Shown here one piece after another: positions 47,664 to 55,915 of a stretch of DNA of 64,000 bases. Source of the DNA: Selenomonadaceae bacterium. GTDB taxonomy: Bacteria; Bacillota; Clostridia; Oscillospirales; CAG-272. The notes under the pieces were generated by a model. That model worked only from the letters and a program-made list of their open reading frames with translations, searched no databases and was not told the DNA's origin. Numbering within the stretch: the stretch's first letter is position 1; each line of letters begins with the position of its first letter. Location: NCBI GenBank assembly GCA_963598415.1, contig CAVBUH010000030.1, forward strand, positions 38,850 to 102,849, read 5' to 3'. A program made the position numbers and the translations under genes.

Positions 47664-49228
47664 AAATAACGTCTCCTTGTATAGACGACGATTCCTGCCG
47701 CAAATACCACAACTGCCGGTACTACCGTATAGAGAATGGTCAAGCGGTTTGCCTGCGCAGTAGTAATATCAAGCGCTTCATCCTCAAACACCTTAAAATC
47801 AAGGTCAAGAGGAACCGTTTTTCTTCCGAAGCTCTTCATTGCGTTGAAAATAATATCTCGGTTTGCATAACTGCGGCCTCCGATGTACTTATCCTCAGCG
47901 AACGATGAGGTGCCCGCCGCAAGCACATAGGAATAATGAGGCTCATTATCGATATATCTTGAGTCGACGGTGATCGTCATAAGATTATAAATGCCCTTTG
48001 TCCATTCTGCCGCGTCGGAACCGTAGCTTCCGACAGGGGTTGCTTCCGCTGTTTTTTCAGAGGAGGTTTGGAGTATTGTAGAAATATACCTTACACTGCT
48101 GCCATAGGTTGCGGAATACTGTCCGTCAGTTCCCATGCTGTAGGTGTAATCGATCGGCATTGCGTTATTAAGAACAGCCTTTGGTACTGATTCAAGCTCT
48201 CTCAAAGTATTGGTCAGAGAGGCACCGGTTCCCTCGGTCGTATATTCGGCAACCAATTCGAGTCCATTTACATCAAGCGCATTATCAAAATCCCTTACCA
48301 TGGAACGGTTGAAGGAGATTCCCCATTCTCCGAGGAGCGTATCCAACTCAGGAAGCTCTCCCGCAGTCGGATCCATGAACACCATAAGTCCGCCGAAGCC
48401 GTCAAGAAAATCATCGATCTTCTTTATTTCATTTACGGTGTCGTTTGCGCCCATATAATCATATTTCGGGCAATTTATGACCAAAACCTTCGCCGCGTCA
48501 TCAATGTTTTCTTTTGAAAGATCGATTGTTCTTACATCATAGCCGGCATCTTCAAAAAGCGTCCACATGACGGGGGTGGCAGATGAGGTGGGAACGCTTT
48601 CGCCGTGCCCGGTGACAAAATAGGCAATAGGGCTGTCTCCGGCAAGCTGAAGTATTCCGGCAGTTATCTTATATTCACCGTTAAAAGCAAAAACGTTGCC
48701 AGAATCGGAATCGAAGGTATAGAAAGAATCTATTGTATAAATTTTCGATTGCTTTTTTTCCTCATTGGGATTGGTGAGATCGTTTTTGACGATATATACG
48801 CTTGTTGTTTTCGGTTTTGAAACAGAAGTAGCAAGATATTGATTGACTGCTTCGGGATGGTTGATTATATCAACATATTCCACGTCGACAAAATCGAATT
48901 CCTCCGCATATTGCTTTGCAAGATTATGCACAAGCTTGGTTTCATATACGCTGTCAAGCTGATCGGCGTATTGACAGAACACGATGGATATACCGAATTC
49001 CTTTGTGCCGCGATAATCGTCAAGCAAATCAACGGACTGCTGCGTAATGCCGTAGATTTGTTCTTTTGTCATATCCGCATACCACATGAATTTGGAGGCA
49101 AGCGAGGAAAACACAACGTTAATGATAACGATCAGTGCAATGACAGCGGCGGTAAGACCTACTGCAAAAGCGCCGAATTTAAGTCTGCGGTGTTTTTTGA
49201 TTTTATCTGCATAAATATTATTGTTCAT
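47660..49228 (-). CDS. GldG-like auxiliary component of ABC-type transport system
   Basis: 522 aa with N- and C-terminal TM helices and a large extracytoplasmic domain. It follows the ABC-2 permease. Confidence 0.65.
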   Translation of the reverse strand: MNNNIYADKIKKHRRLKFGAFAVGLTAAVIALIVIINVVFSSLASKFMWYADMTKEQIYGITQQSVDLLDDYRGTKEFGISIVFCQYADQLDSVYETKLVHNLAKQYAEEFDFVDVEYVDIINHPEAVNQYLATSVSKPKTTSVYIVKNDLTNPNEEKKQSKIYTIDSFYTFDSDSGNVFAFNGEYKITAGILQLAGDSPIAYFVTGHGESVPTSSATPVMWTLFEDAGYDVRTIDLSKENIDDAAKVLVINCPKYDYMGANDTVNEIKKIDDFLDGFGGLMVFMDPTAGELPELDTLLGEWGISFNRSMVRDFDNALDVNGLELVAEYTTEGTGASLTNTLRELESVPKAVLNNAMPIDYTYSMGTDGQYSATYGSSVRYISTILQTSSEKTAEATPVGSYGSDAAEWTKGIYNLMTITVDSRYIDNEPHYSYVLAAGTSSFAEDKYIGGRSYANRDIIFNAMKSFGRKTVPLDLDFKVFEDEALDITTAQANRLTILYTVVPAVVVFAAGIVVYTRRRYL

Positions 49229-49256
49229 TTTTTACCGTTCCTTTCAGACAGAATTG

Positions 49257-49991
49257 TCACGCCCAGCGGCGCTTTTCATAAACGCGCACCGTAAGGAACA
49301 AAAACACAAAACTAATCGAGAAATAGTACAGGATCGCGTTGAAATCAAATACTCCGTATGTGAAGTTAGCAAAACGGCTGTATATGGAAAGCCAACTCAG
49401 CACCTCGCGTACCGGCGCAAAGGGAATATAGGAGTTAAGCATTCCGACGACAAGAAATAATGCCATAACGGCAATCGTTCCGATCGCGGAGATGATCTGG
49501 TTCTCGGTCATTGCGGAGATGAATATACCGACAGCAACAAACGCCGCTCCGATCAGGAGCACTGCAATTACAGAGCCGATAAGAATGGCGCCGTTATATT
49601 CGCTCGCTGTTCCCGCGTAGTTCTTCGGACCATATTCAAAGAGTGCGGTAAAGTTAATGCAGCCAATGAGAAAGGTTCCCGCGAAAACCGTATAGGCGGC
49701 AAGAAATTTGCCGATTACCATACCACCGAGGCTGACGGGGGAGGTCATAAGAAGCTGTTCCGTTTTAAGCTTTTTTTCCTCGCTGAAGGTTTTCATGGTA
49801 AGCAGAGGGATAAGGATAATAAGCGCGAAAATCATGGTGGTGAAATAGGAGCGTATACTGCTGCCGTCCCCCTCCTGAAGGGTAAACATCGAAAACACTC
49901 CGCCGTTTACCGCGAGAAATATCGCCATATACACATAACCGACCGGAGTTGTAAAGTACGAACACAGGTCTCGCTTGAAAATTGCAAACAT
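49257..49991 (-). CDS. ABC-2 family transporter permease
   Basis: 244 aa with about 6 hydrophobic helices. MFAIFKRDLCSYFTTPVGYVYMAIF is a typical N-terminus. Confidence 0.8.
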   Translation of the reverse strand: MFAIFKRDLCSYFTTPVGYVYMAIFLAVNGGVFSMFTLQEGDGSSIRSYFTTMIFALIILIPLLTMKTFSEEKKLKTEQLLMTSPVSLGGMVIGKFLAAYTVFAGTFLIGCINFTALFEYGPKNYAGTASEYNGAILIGSVIAVLLIGAAFVAVGIFISAMTENQIISAIGTIAVMALFLVVGMLNSYIPFAPVREVLSWLSIYSRFANFTYGVFDFNAILYYFSISFVFLFLTVRVYEKRRWA

Positions 49992-50017
49992 ATTGTGCCT
50001 TCCTTAACTTAAATATT

Positions 50018-51001
50018 TCAATTCGCTGCGCGTCTTATATCAACGCGCTTTTTTTTCTGTTTTATCTCGGGACTTTTCTCGGTCAGTGAGATGAATACCT
50101 CTTCAAGATTGGCGCCCGACGCTTCCGCTCCGATGAGCGGCCAATTATTTCTGGCAAGCAGATTGAAAAGCGGTTTGCGGATATCGATGCCGTTGTCGCT
50201 TTCAATAACATAGCTGGTGCTGTCCATATCAAGATTTCCGATGGATTCGGCGGAAAGTACTCCGGGAAGGGATTTGATGCCGGAAAGGACCTCTTTTGTA
50301 GGTCCGCATATTTTTACGCTGAGGCGGCGGTTGCCCTCTACAGCAGCGGCAATTTCTTCGGTTCGGCGATCGGCGGCGATTTTTCCTTTGTTAATGATAA
50401 TAACGCGGTCACAGACAGCCTGAACCTCTGAAAGAATATGGGTGCTCAGAATTACGGTATGATCAAGACCAAGCGTTCTTATAAGGTTTCTTATTTCAAC
50501 GACCTGACGCGGATCAAGTCCAACTGTCGGCTCATCCAGAATAATAACCTTGGGGTTGCCGACAAGAGCCTGTCCGATTCCGACTCTCTGGCGGTAACCC
50601 TTTGAGAGATTGCCGATGAGACGGTTCTTTACATCGGTAAGCTTTACAACCTCAATAATCTCCGCGATATGCTTTTTTTTGTTAAGCGTGCAGCCCTTCA
50701 GTTCGTATACAAAATTCAGATACTCCGTCACCGTCATATCAAGATAAAGCGGCGGCTGTTCAGGCAAATATCCGATATTCTTTTTTGCTTCGTTCGGATA
50801 ATCAAGTATGTCAAGCCCATCTACCTCCACTTTACCGTCGGTAAAGGAAAGAAATCCGGTAAGTATATTCATCGTTGTCGATTTCCCAGCTCCGTTCGGT
50901 CCTAAAAATCCAACGATTTCTCCTTTATTTACCTGAAAGCTGATTCCGTTTAGCGCATACTTTGTTCCGTAGCGCTTTGTCAGGTTTTCAATTTTAATCA
51001 T
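50018..51001 (-). CDS. ABC transporter ATP-binding protein
   Basis: GPNGAGKSTT Walker A, LSKGYRQRV signature and ILDEPTVGLD Walker B. Confidence 0.92.
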   Translation of the reverse strand: MIKIENLTKRYGTKYALNGISFQVNKGEIVGFLGPNGAGKSTTMNILTGFLSFTDGKVEVDGLDILDYPNEAKKNIGYLPEQPPLYLDMTVTEYLNFVYELKGCTLNKKKHIAEIIEVVKLTDVKNRLIGNLSKGYRQRVGIGQALVGNPKVIILDEPTVGLDPRQVVEIRNLIRTLGLDHTVILSTHILSEVQAVCDRVIIINKGKIAADRRTEEIAAAVEGNRRLSVKICGPTKEVLSGIKSLPGVLSAESIGNLDMDSTSYVIESDNGIDIRKPLFNLLARNNWPLIGAEASGANLEEVFISLTEKSPEIKQKKKRVDIRRAAN

Positions 51002-51229
51002 TCGTTTCTCCCCCGGTAAGGCTATCGCTCCATATTAGCGACAGTAATTCAATACTAAGTATATCACTCAAATATAAATAAATCTTGAACAACGATTCAA
51101 TAATACGGTTTTAAGACTTTTTTTCACAAAAAAATCAGCTAATCTTCACATAATCGGTGGAAATCAACTGTTTTAATTTTATTTAAATCATATTTAACTT
51201 TATGGATCGTATTTTTATCTTGACAAACC

Positions 51230-51258
51230 GCCACTTGTGTTGTATAATAATACCCGTT
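51230..51258 (+). promoter_or_regulatory. Perfect consensus promoter (TTGACA-17-TATAAT) upstream of the tRNA locus
   Basis: TTGACA at 51230-51235 and TATAAT at 51253-51258. Confidence 0.6.
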
Positions 51259-51384
51259 GATAGAAAGTTAGCTTTGAGTGTTAGTTTTTCAACTGCACCA
51301 TAACCAAATGGAAAGCATATTTATTAAAAACATGTTCTGTTGTATGACAGAAGTCGCAGCAAACATTAAATTTTCATATAATAC

Positions 51385-51452
51385 GAGGGTTATCGAAGCG
51401 GTCTATGAGGTGGTCTTGAAAACCCGTACGTAAGAGTCCCTTTTGTACCCTC
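51385..51452 (+). pseudogene. tRNA-Ser-derived fragment (5' two-thirds, no T-arm)
   Basis: GAGGGTTATCGAAGCGGTCTATGAGGTGGTCTTGAAAACCCG parallels the 5' acceptor, D and anticodon arms of the tRNA at 51564. No TTCGAAT T-loop is present. The ends GAGGGT/ACCCTC pair. It is followed by hairpin AAATCCTT/AAGGATTT. Confidence 0.55.
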
Positions 51453-51563
51453 AAAAATCCTTGTATGATAAGGATTTTCAGCACTTTCCAAAATACAAAA
51501 ATTTTATAGTTCTCTCGCGAAATTCTCTCGGAATTCCAAAGCATTTCGCTAAAGATATCCTAC

Positions 51564-51652
51564 GGAGGGATATCGAAGTGGTCATAACGAGGCGGTCTTG
51601 AAAACCGTTTGGGAGCAATCCCACAAGGGTTCGAATCCCTTTCCCTCCGCCA
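51564..51652 (+). tRNA. tRNA-Ser (anticodon UGA), CCA encoded
   Basis: Acceptor GGAGGGA/TCCCTCC, anticodon loop CTTGAAA, long variable arm TGGGA/TCCCA, T-arm AAGGG-TTCGAAT-CCCTT, discriminator G and CCA. Confidence 0.9.
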
Positions 51653-51697
51653 TAACAAAAGCAGGACGCCGTGAGGTGTTCTGCTTTTTGTCGTCAC

Positions 51698-51803
51698 GGA
51701 AAAGAGGGGATTCGAACGGGTTGGAAGTGAATGAGTGCCGGTGGCACTCAGAGCCAACCCTGACCGAGCCCGCAGGCGAGAATGAATCCCTTTTCCTCCG
51801 CCA
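51698..51803. repeat. About 106-nt imperfect palindromic element bounded by inverted copies of the tRNA-Ser 3' end; the right arm (51784-51803) is a 19/20 direct repeat of 51633-51652
   Basis: GGAAAAGAGGGGATTCGAAC...GAATCCCTTTTCCTCCGCCA. Internal perfect stems are GGGTTGG/CCAACCC and GAGTGCC/GGCACTC. Confidence 0.7.
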
Positions 51804-51971
51804 TTTTTAACAACAAACAGCACTTGATTTTGGTGATAATCGCTAAAAATTGGGTGCTTTTTGTTATGTTCGGCACGTGAAAATCCGTTTTTTGTACGAA
51901 CCGATTTTGCCCCTTGGAGAGAACTTTTATGTCTCGCCGAAATACCGAAAGCCTTGTAATATAAGGCTTTT

Positions 51972-52133
51972 TCACCTCTCCCAAGGGTTCTCGATTGTCA
52001 TGTTTTCGGGCACTTTTACCGCTTTTTCCATCACTTTTGCGGCATTTTCCTTACTGCTCCAATCCAAATGTGTGTAAATATTGAGGGTTACGCTGACGGT
52101 AGAATGCCCCCAATAGTCCTGCACTTCCTTTCG
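51972..52133 (-). pseudogene. Tyrosine recombinase (phage integrase family) C-terminal remnant
   Basis: Stop-to-stop frame RKEVQDYWGHSTVSVTLNIYTHLDWSS... matches the LGHxxxxxTxxxYxH catalytic-Tyr region. No N-terminal or core part is present, and the upstream 60 nt have 4 in-frame stops. Confidence 0.7.
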
Positions 52134-52193
52134 TTACACTCCAAGACAACGTTTTCACGTTCTCTTTCACCCCGTGTAAAAATGGACGCCCAA

Positions 52194-53225
52194 TCAGCTA
52201 TCTGTGACGGTAAGTGACGGTTGTGTCGATATTTCTTCCGTAGGATTTTTCTCGTCATTTGCGTCACCATCGTCATGCGGCAAGAGCGTCAGCTCCAGCC
52301 ACCGACCGTTGCCCGTTCGTCCCGATTCGTAGCGAATGCCGACGAACTTCAGATAGTCGTATGCCTCGGAGGAGAGACTTTTCGTCAGCACGTTGGGCTT
52401 GACGTTCTCCACACCCATAAGGGCAAGAAGCTCACTCGCCGTTCCGCGAAAGTGTCCGTGCTCCTTGATATACTCGCAGGTCTTGTAGACGATAGGGCTG
52501 AACCTTCGATAGCAGCTTGAGCTGCGGTCCTCGTTCCCGTTGACCGTTTCCCAAATGCAATCCTCGAAGGAGAGGCAAACGCCAACGTTTTGTACGTCGC
52601 GCCCCGTCCACAGAAGATCTGCGCGATCAGAACTGCGGTCAAACTTCTTGAGGAGTAGCGCCGTGTCAGCGGCACCCATCAATCCCGTTGAACCCGAGAT
52701 CTGATTGAAGGGATCGTCCTTGTCTTGTGTCTTGCGAAGGTGGTGCACAAGCACGATAGCGATACCAAGATGATCTGCTAACCTTTTCAGCGCACCGATA
52801 TCCTGATAGTCCTTGCCATAGACCGAGCTGTTTGCTTTTAGGTCGGATGAACTGCAAATCTTTTGCAGCGTGTCAATCACCACGAGCTTTGTTTCGGGGT
52901 ACTCTGTTTTGTGTAGAACGAGCTGCTCCTCAAGTGCGCCGCCAAGCGTTCCTGCTTGCACGGCAAAGCGCAATCGGTCAGGGCATTCCTCTGTGATTTT
53001 GGAAACGCGCTCCTTCACTCGCGCAAAGGTATCCTCAAGAGCGAGGTAGAGCACGTCGCAAGGTTGCGTGTTAAAGCCCATAAAACGCACGCCCAACGCT
53101 ACACAAATGCACAGTTGAAGTACGAACCATGACTTGCCGATTTTAGGCTGACCGCAAAGAAGCGTTAAACCTTCGGGGAGCAATTCTGCCACGATGAAAT
53201 TTTTCGGAGCATAGGGCGTTGCCAT
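52194..53225 (-). CDS. RepA/AAA_25-like RecA-fold ATPase (mobile-element replication/primase-associated type)
   Basis: 343 aa with Walker A CGQPKIGKSW, LVVIDTLQ and LVHHLRK blocks, typical of RepA-like helicase-loader ATPases of integrative elements. Confidence 0.7.
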   Translation of the reverse strand: MATPYAPKNFIVAELLPEGLTLLCGQPKIGKSWFVLQLCICVALGVRFMGFNTQPCDVLYLALEDTFARVKERVSKITEECPDRLRFAVQAGTLGGALEEQLVLHKTEYPETKLVVIDTLQKICSSSDLKANSSVYGKDYQDIGALKRLADHLGIAIVLVHHLRKTQDKDDPFNQISGSTGLMGAADTALLLKKFDRSSDRADLLWTGRDVQNVGVCLSFEDCIWETVNGNEDRSSSCYRRFSPIVYKTCEYIKEHGHFRGTASELLALMGVENVKPNVLTKSLSSEAYDYLKFVGIRYESGRTGNGRWLELTLLPHDDGDANDEKNPTEEISTQPSLTVTDS

Positions 53226-53335
53226 CAGCTCCTCTGTGTCGATGGTATCAAGCTTGTTAGGAGATAGGGATTATAAAGGTTATAATCCATTTTGCATCAT
53301 TCCTTTCTTACCTCTCACTTCCTTTCTGTTTGGAA

Positions 53336-53554
53336 TTACGATGCATCAGCGTCACACAGCATATAGCGAATGACGTTGATTTTGGGAATCCTGAAACGGT
53401 TTCCCACGATTACGCCGTGGATCTGCGGATGCTTTGCAAGTTCAAGTGCCGCTTTGCGCCCGATGCCCAGCATTTTTTGCAGATCACAAATGCCGACGAT
53501 GTCGGGATAATCCGCGAACATCATCTTCTCGTAAACAGTTGTCTTTTCTGTCAT
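53336..53554 (-). CDS. Excisionase/MerR-type HTH (HTH_17) small DNA-binding protein
   Basis: AAAGGAG RBS before ATG 53554. ...IVGICDLQKMLGIGRKAALELAKHPQIHGVIVGNRFRIPKINVIRYM. The ORF-track start at 53671 is unlikely. Confidence 0.7.
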   Translation of the reverse strand: MTEKTTVYEKMMFADYPDIVGICDLQKMLGIGRKAALELAKHPQIHGVIVGNRFRIPKINVIRYMLCDADAS

Positions 53555-53750
53555 ACACGATTCTCCTTTCTTTACAGTATGTAAAGAAGGCGTAACCGCT
53601 TCGCGGGTGCGCGTCTCACCATTTCGAGCATGACTCCCGCACCTCTCCCGTCGCATCGCAGGCGCGGACAAGGTCTATGTCAGCGAACTGCGGATTTCGA
53701 GAATGAAACTTGTCCGCAGTATATATAAACACCGCTTTCGCGAATGTTTT

Positions 53751-53875
53751 CAAAAATAAAAAGGGCGAGCATCAGAATAAGACAGAGGATACCTCTGTAA
53801 TAAAATCTGATACTCACCCTTGTCTCTCGATTTCACAGCCGGGAGGATGGCTCACTTTCGATTGTTATTGTATGC
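53751..53875. repeat. Direct repeat R, copy 1 (flanks the barnase/barstar cassette)
   Basis: About 125 nt, ~90% identical by eye to 54847-54973 (GGCGAGCATCAGAATAAGACAGAGG...CTCACCCTTGTCTCTCGATTTCACAGCC...GGATGGCTCAC). Confidence 0.85.
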
Positions 53876-54185
53876 TTATACGGGTGTTACCGCTGACAAT
53901 TTCAATTTGAATGTCATCGCAAAACATATCGTTATTATAATGCTTGAAGCGTTTCAATATTTCAATCATCTTGTTTGCGGAATCTCCGAATTTTCTTTCG
54001 ATGATTTCAAGACCTATGATTACGATGTGTATCGGTTCTCCATACATATCCGTAAGACAATCCCAAAAAGCCGACCAATTACAACCGTAATAATCAGGAA
54101 ATTTCAAGGACTTTTGAATGGTTTTATGCATCTCTAAAAAATATTTAGTATTTCTAAAATCGATTATATATTTATTTGAAATCAT
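53865..54185 (-). CDS. Barstar-family ribonuclease inhibitor (immunity protein)
   Basis: 106 aa. FPDYYGCNWSAFWDCLTD parallels barstar LPEYYGENLDALWDCLTG. Confidence 0.9.
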   Translation of the reverse strand: MISNKYIIDFRNTKYFLEMHKTIQKSLKFPDYYGCNWSAFWDCLTDMYGEPIHIVIIGLEIIERKFGDSANKMIEILKRFKHYNNDMFCDDIQIEIVSGNTRISIQ

Positions 54186-54195
54186 TATGCTCTCC

Positions 54196-54768
54196 TTATT
54201 GTGTTATTTCATAAAAAGTTTGATAATGATCGTATGTAACAAATATCAAACCATCATTTGAGTATAGTACTCTTTCGCGATTGCGTTTACCGCCATCATA
54301 ATTAATATCAGCCTCGTACCATGTTCTTCCGGGGAATGTAGGCAGTTTTAGATCATAGTTAGCATATGGATCACCACCGATCATTTTGCCTGGCAAAACA
54401 TCGTCTAATTGTTTGTGCTTCTTCTTCCATCCGGCAGCATATGCCTCAGCTTTGGTGACATAATAATTTGGCAAGCGACCTAAAAAATATAATTGCGCAT
54501 CGGCTCCATTATATCCTATATTTGTAGCGGTTCCCGCCGTTTTAGTTCGCATCGAAACATAGACGCATTTGCAATTGGGGTGTGCCTCAACTTCTTCTTT
54601 GTTATCCAAAATAGAAATGTCAACAATTTTTCCATGCTGTTCTATACAGAATTTGCAGGTATATATAGTTAATTGCGACATCCAATTTGCCCATTTGGTG
54701 CTATGCCCATATAAATCTCGGTTCTGAAGAAGATTATTTAATAAATTTTCTATTATATTTTCTGACAT
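54196..54768 (-). CDS. Barnase-family secreted-type ribonuclease toxin fused to a short MuF-like (CxxC...HPNCKC) N-terminal module
   Basis: C-terminal GRTWYEADINYDGGKRNRERVLYSNDGLIFVTYDHYQTF matches barnase GRTWREADINY...DHYQTF (Glu, Arg and His retained). The N-terminus CKFCIEQHGKIV...AHPNCKC resembles the end of the phage Mu F/SPP1 gp7 domain. Confidence 0.88.
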   Translation of the reverse strand: MSENIIENLLNNLLQNRDLYGHSTKWANWMSQLTIYTCKFCIEQHGKIVDISILDNKEEVEAHPNCKCVYVSMRTKTAGTATNIGYNGADAQLYFLGRLPNYYVTKAEAYAAGWKKKHKQLDDVLPGKMIGGDPYANYDLKLPTFPGRTWYEADINYDGGKRNRERVLYSNDGLIFVTYDHYQTFYEITQ

Positions 54769-54780
54769 TTTTACTCCTTA

Positions 54781-54809
54781 ATTATATTGTGTTTTTTATT
54801 TTTTGTCAA
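54781..54809 (-). promoter_or_regulatory. Perfect consensus promoter (TTGACA-17-TATAAT) directly upstream of the barnase gene
   Basis: The minus strand reads TTGACAAAAAATAAAAAACACAATATAATTAAGGAGTAAAAATG. The -10 ends only 12 nt before the ATG. Confidence 0.6.
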
Positions 54810-54846
54810 CTACAAGACATTACTTTCGTTAAGCACCACTCCTTCC

Positions 54847-54973
54847 CAAAAAACAAAAATGGCGAGCATCAGAATAAGACAGAGGTTGCTTCTGTAATAA
54901 AATCTGATACTCACCCTTGTCTCTCGATTTCACAGCCGAGAGGATGGCTCACTTTTCATTGTTATTATTATAC
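54847..54973. repeat. Direct repeat R, copy 2
   Basis: See 53751-53875. Confidence 0.85.
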
Positions 54974-54976
54974 TGA

Positions 54977-55216
54977 TTAAATAATCGGCACCGCCACGTA
55001 TCCTGCGGCGACCTTTGGCTTCTCAATCACCACAAGCATTTTCTTGCAGCGAGGGCAAAGATATGTAGGACCTTCGTATCCCGGTTCAGCTATGCGCGCG
55101 GTTACGTTGCGATTTTCGCGCGGATTGCTGCTATAGAGAATGGTGCAACCACATTCGGGGTTAGCGCACTTTGCAATCGGGATCTTATCTTGTGTAGCCT
55201 TACGCAATAGAATCAC
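54977..55216 (-). CDS. Small zinc-ribbon protein (CxxC...CxxC), hypothetical
   Basis: CANPECGC...CPRCKK. It is translationally coupled to the LexA-like gene. The alternative TTG start at 55207 is better spaced from GAGGTG. Confidence 0.5.
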   Translation of the reverse strand: MILLRKATQDKIPIAKCANPECGCTILYSSNPRENRNVTARIAEPGYEGPTYLCPRCKKMLVVIEKPKVAAGYVAVPII

Positions 55217-55217
55217 C

Positions 55218-55832
55218 TCACTTAATGTCCTTGATTACCTTCAGGGCAATACCTTGTATCTCAATCTTGCTCGGTTTTATCTCGCGGCGTTCTTTGGGAT
55301 AGTTCTTGTTCTCTGCAAGCAGCCAGGGACGCCCGTTTTCGCGCTTCATGAAGCGTTTGAGCGTGGTGCCCTCGTCCGTGAGCACGGCAACCACTTGCCC
55401 GTCATAAGCCTCCTGCGCGCGTTTAATGAGGACTAGATCACCGTCATCAATGCCAATGTTGATCATTGAATCACCCGACGTGCGAAGCAAATAGCACTCG
55501 CCGTCCAGCCACTCTTCCGGAATGGCAACGTAGCCTCGTATCTCCTGTCGGTTGTCCTCGGGAGAGCCGCAGACAATCGAACCAACGATGGGAACGCGGC
55601 GGAAGGCGGTCTTCATCGACTCTTGCCCTTTAACGGAAAGTGTATCCTTACCGTTGTATTTGACAATGCCACGGTCGCGCAGGGTGGTCAGATAGCGATA
55701 TCCAACCGAATTGCTCATCTCCATGTACTCAAGGATGTCCTTGAATTTGGGCGACTCGCCGTTGTTCTCCCGTATGTAGCGGTGAATGAACTCCGCCATT
55801 TGATTCAGTTTTTCTTCATTCATCCGCTTCAT
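55218..55832 (-). CDS. LexA/CI-like repressor (winged HTH + S24 peptidase)
   Basis: 204 aa with a cleavage-site-like VCG, catalytic GDSM (Ser) and LKRF (Lys), and an N-terminal LexA_DNA_bind-like region. Confidence 0.85.
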   Translation of the reverse strand: MKRMNEEKLNQMAEFIHRYIRENNGESPKFKDILEYMEMSNSVGYRYLTTLRDRGIVKYNGKDTLSVKGQESMKTAFRRVPIVGSIVCGSPEDNRQEIRGYVAIPEEWLDGECYLLRTSGDSMINIGIDDGDLVLIKRAQEAYDGQVVAVLTDEGTTLKRFMKRENGRPWLLAENKNYPKERREIKPSKIEIQGIALKVIKDIK

Positions 55833-55886
55833 AAACGCCCCGCAAATTTCAATCGAGAATAAAAGAACTATAACTTCTTTTATAAG

Positions 55887-55915
55887 AGTATACCATACGA
55901 GTCGGATTTTGTCAA
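55887..55915 (-). promoter_or_regulatory. Putative promoter of the LexA-like gene (TTGACA-17-TATACT, TGn)
   Basis: The minus strand reads TTGACAAAATCCGACTCGTATGGTATACT. An imperfect palindrome AGAAGTTATAGTTCT lies between the -10 and the ATG. Confidence 0.55.

Noticed and set aside
51698-51803. Possible second tRNA (tRNA-Sec or suppressor, anticodon TCA in loop ACTCAGA) downstream of tRNA-Ser
   Set aside because: No T-arm can be formed (ACCCG/CCCCT do not pair). Position 33 would be C rather than U, there is no D-arm, and the 3' end does not give acceptor + discriminator + CCA. It is better explained as inverted att/tRNA-end remnants.
52088-52276. 62-aa ORF overlapping the ATPase 3' end and the integrase remnant
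   Set aside because: It is in a different frame from both the ATPase and the integrase-like segment and has no motif. It is an artefact of the decayed junction region.
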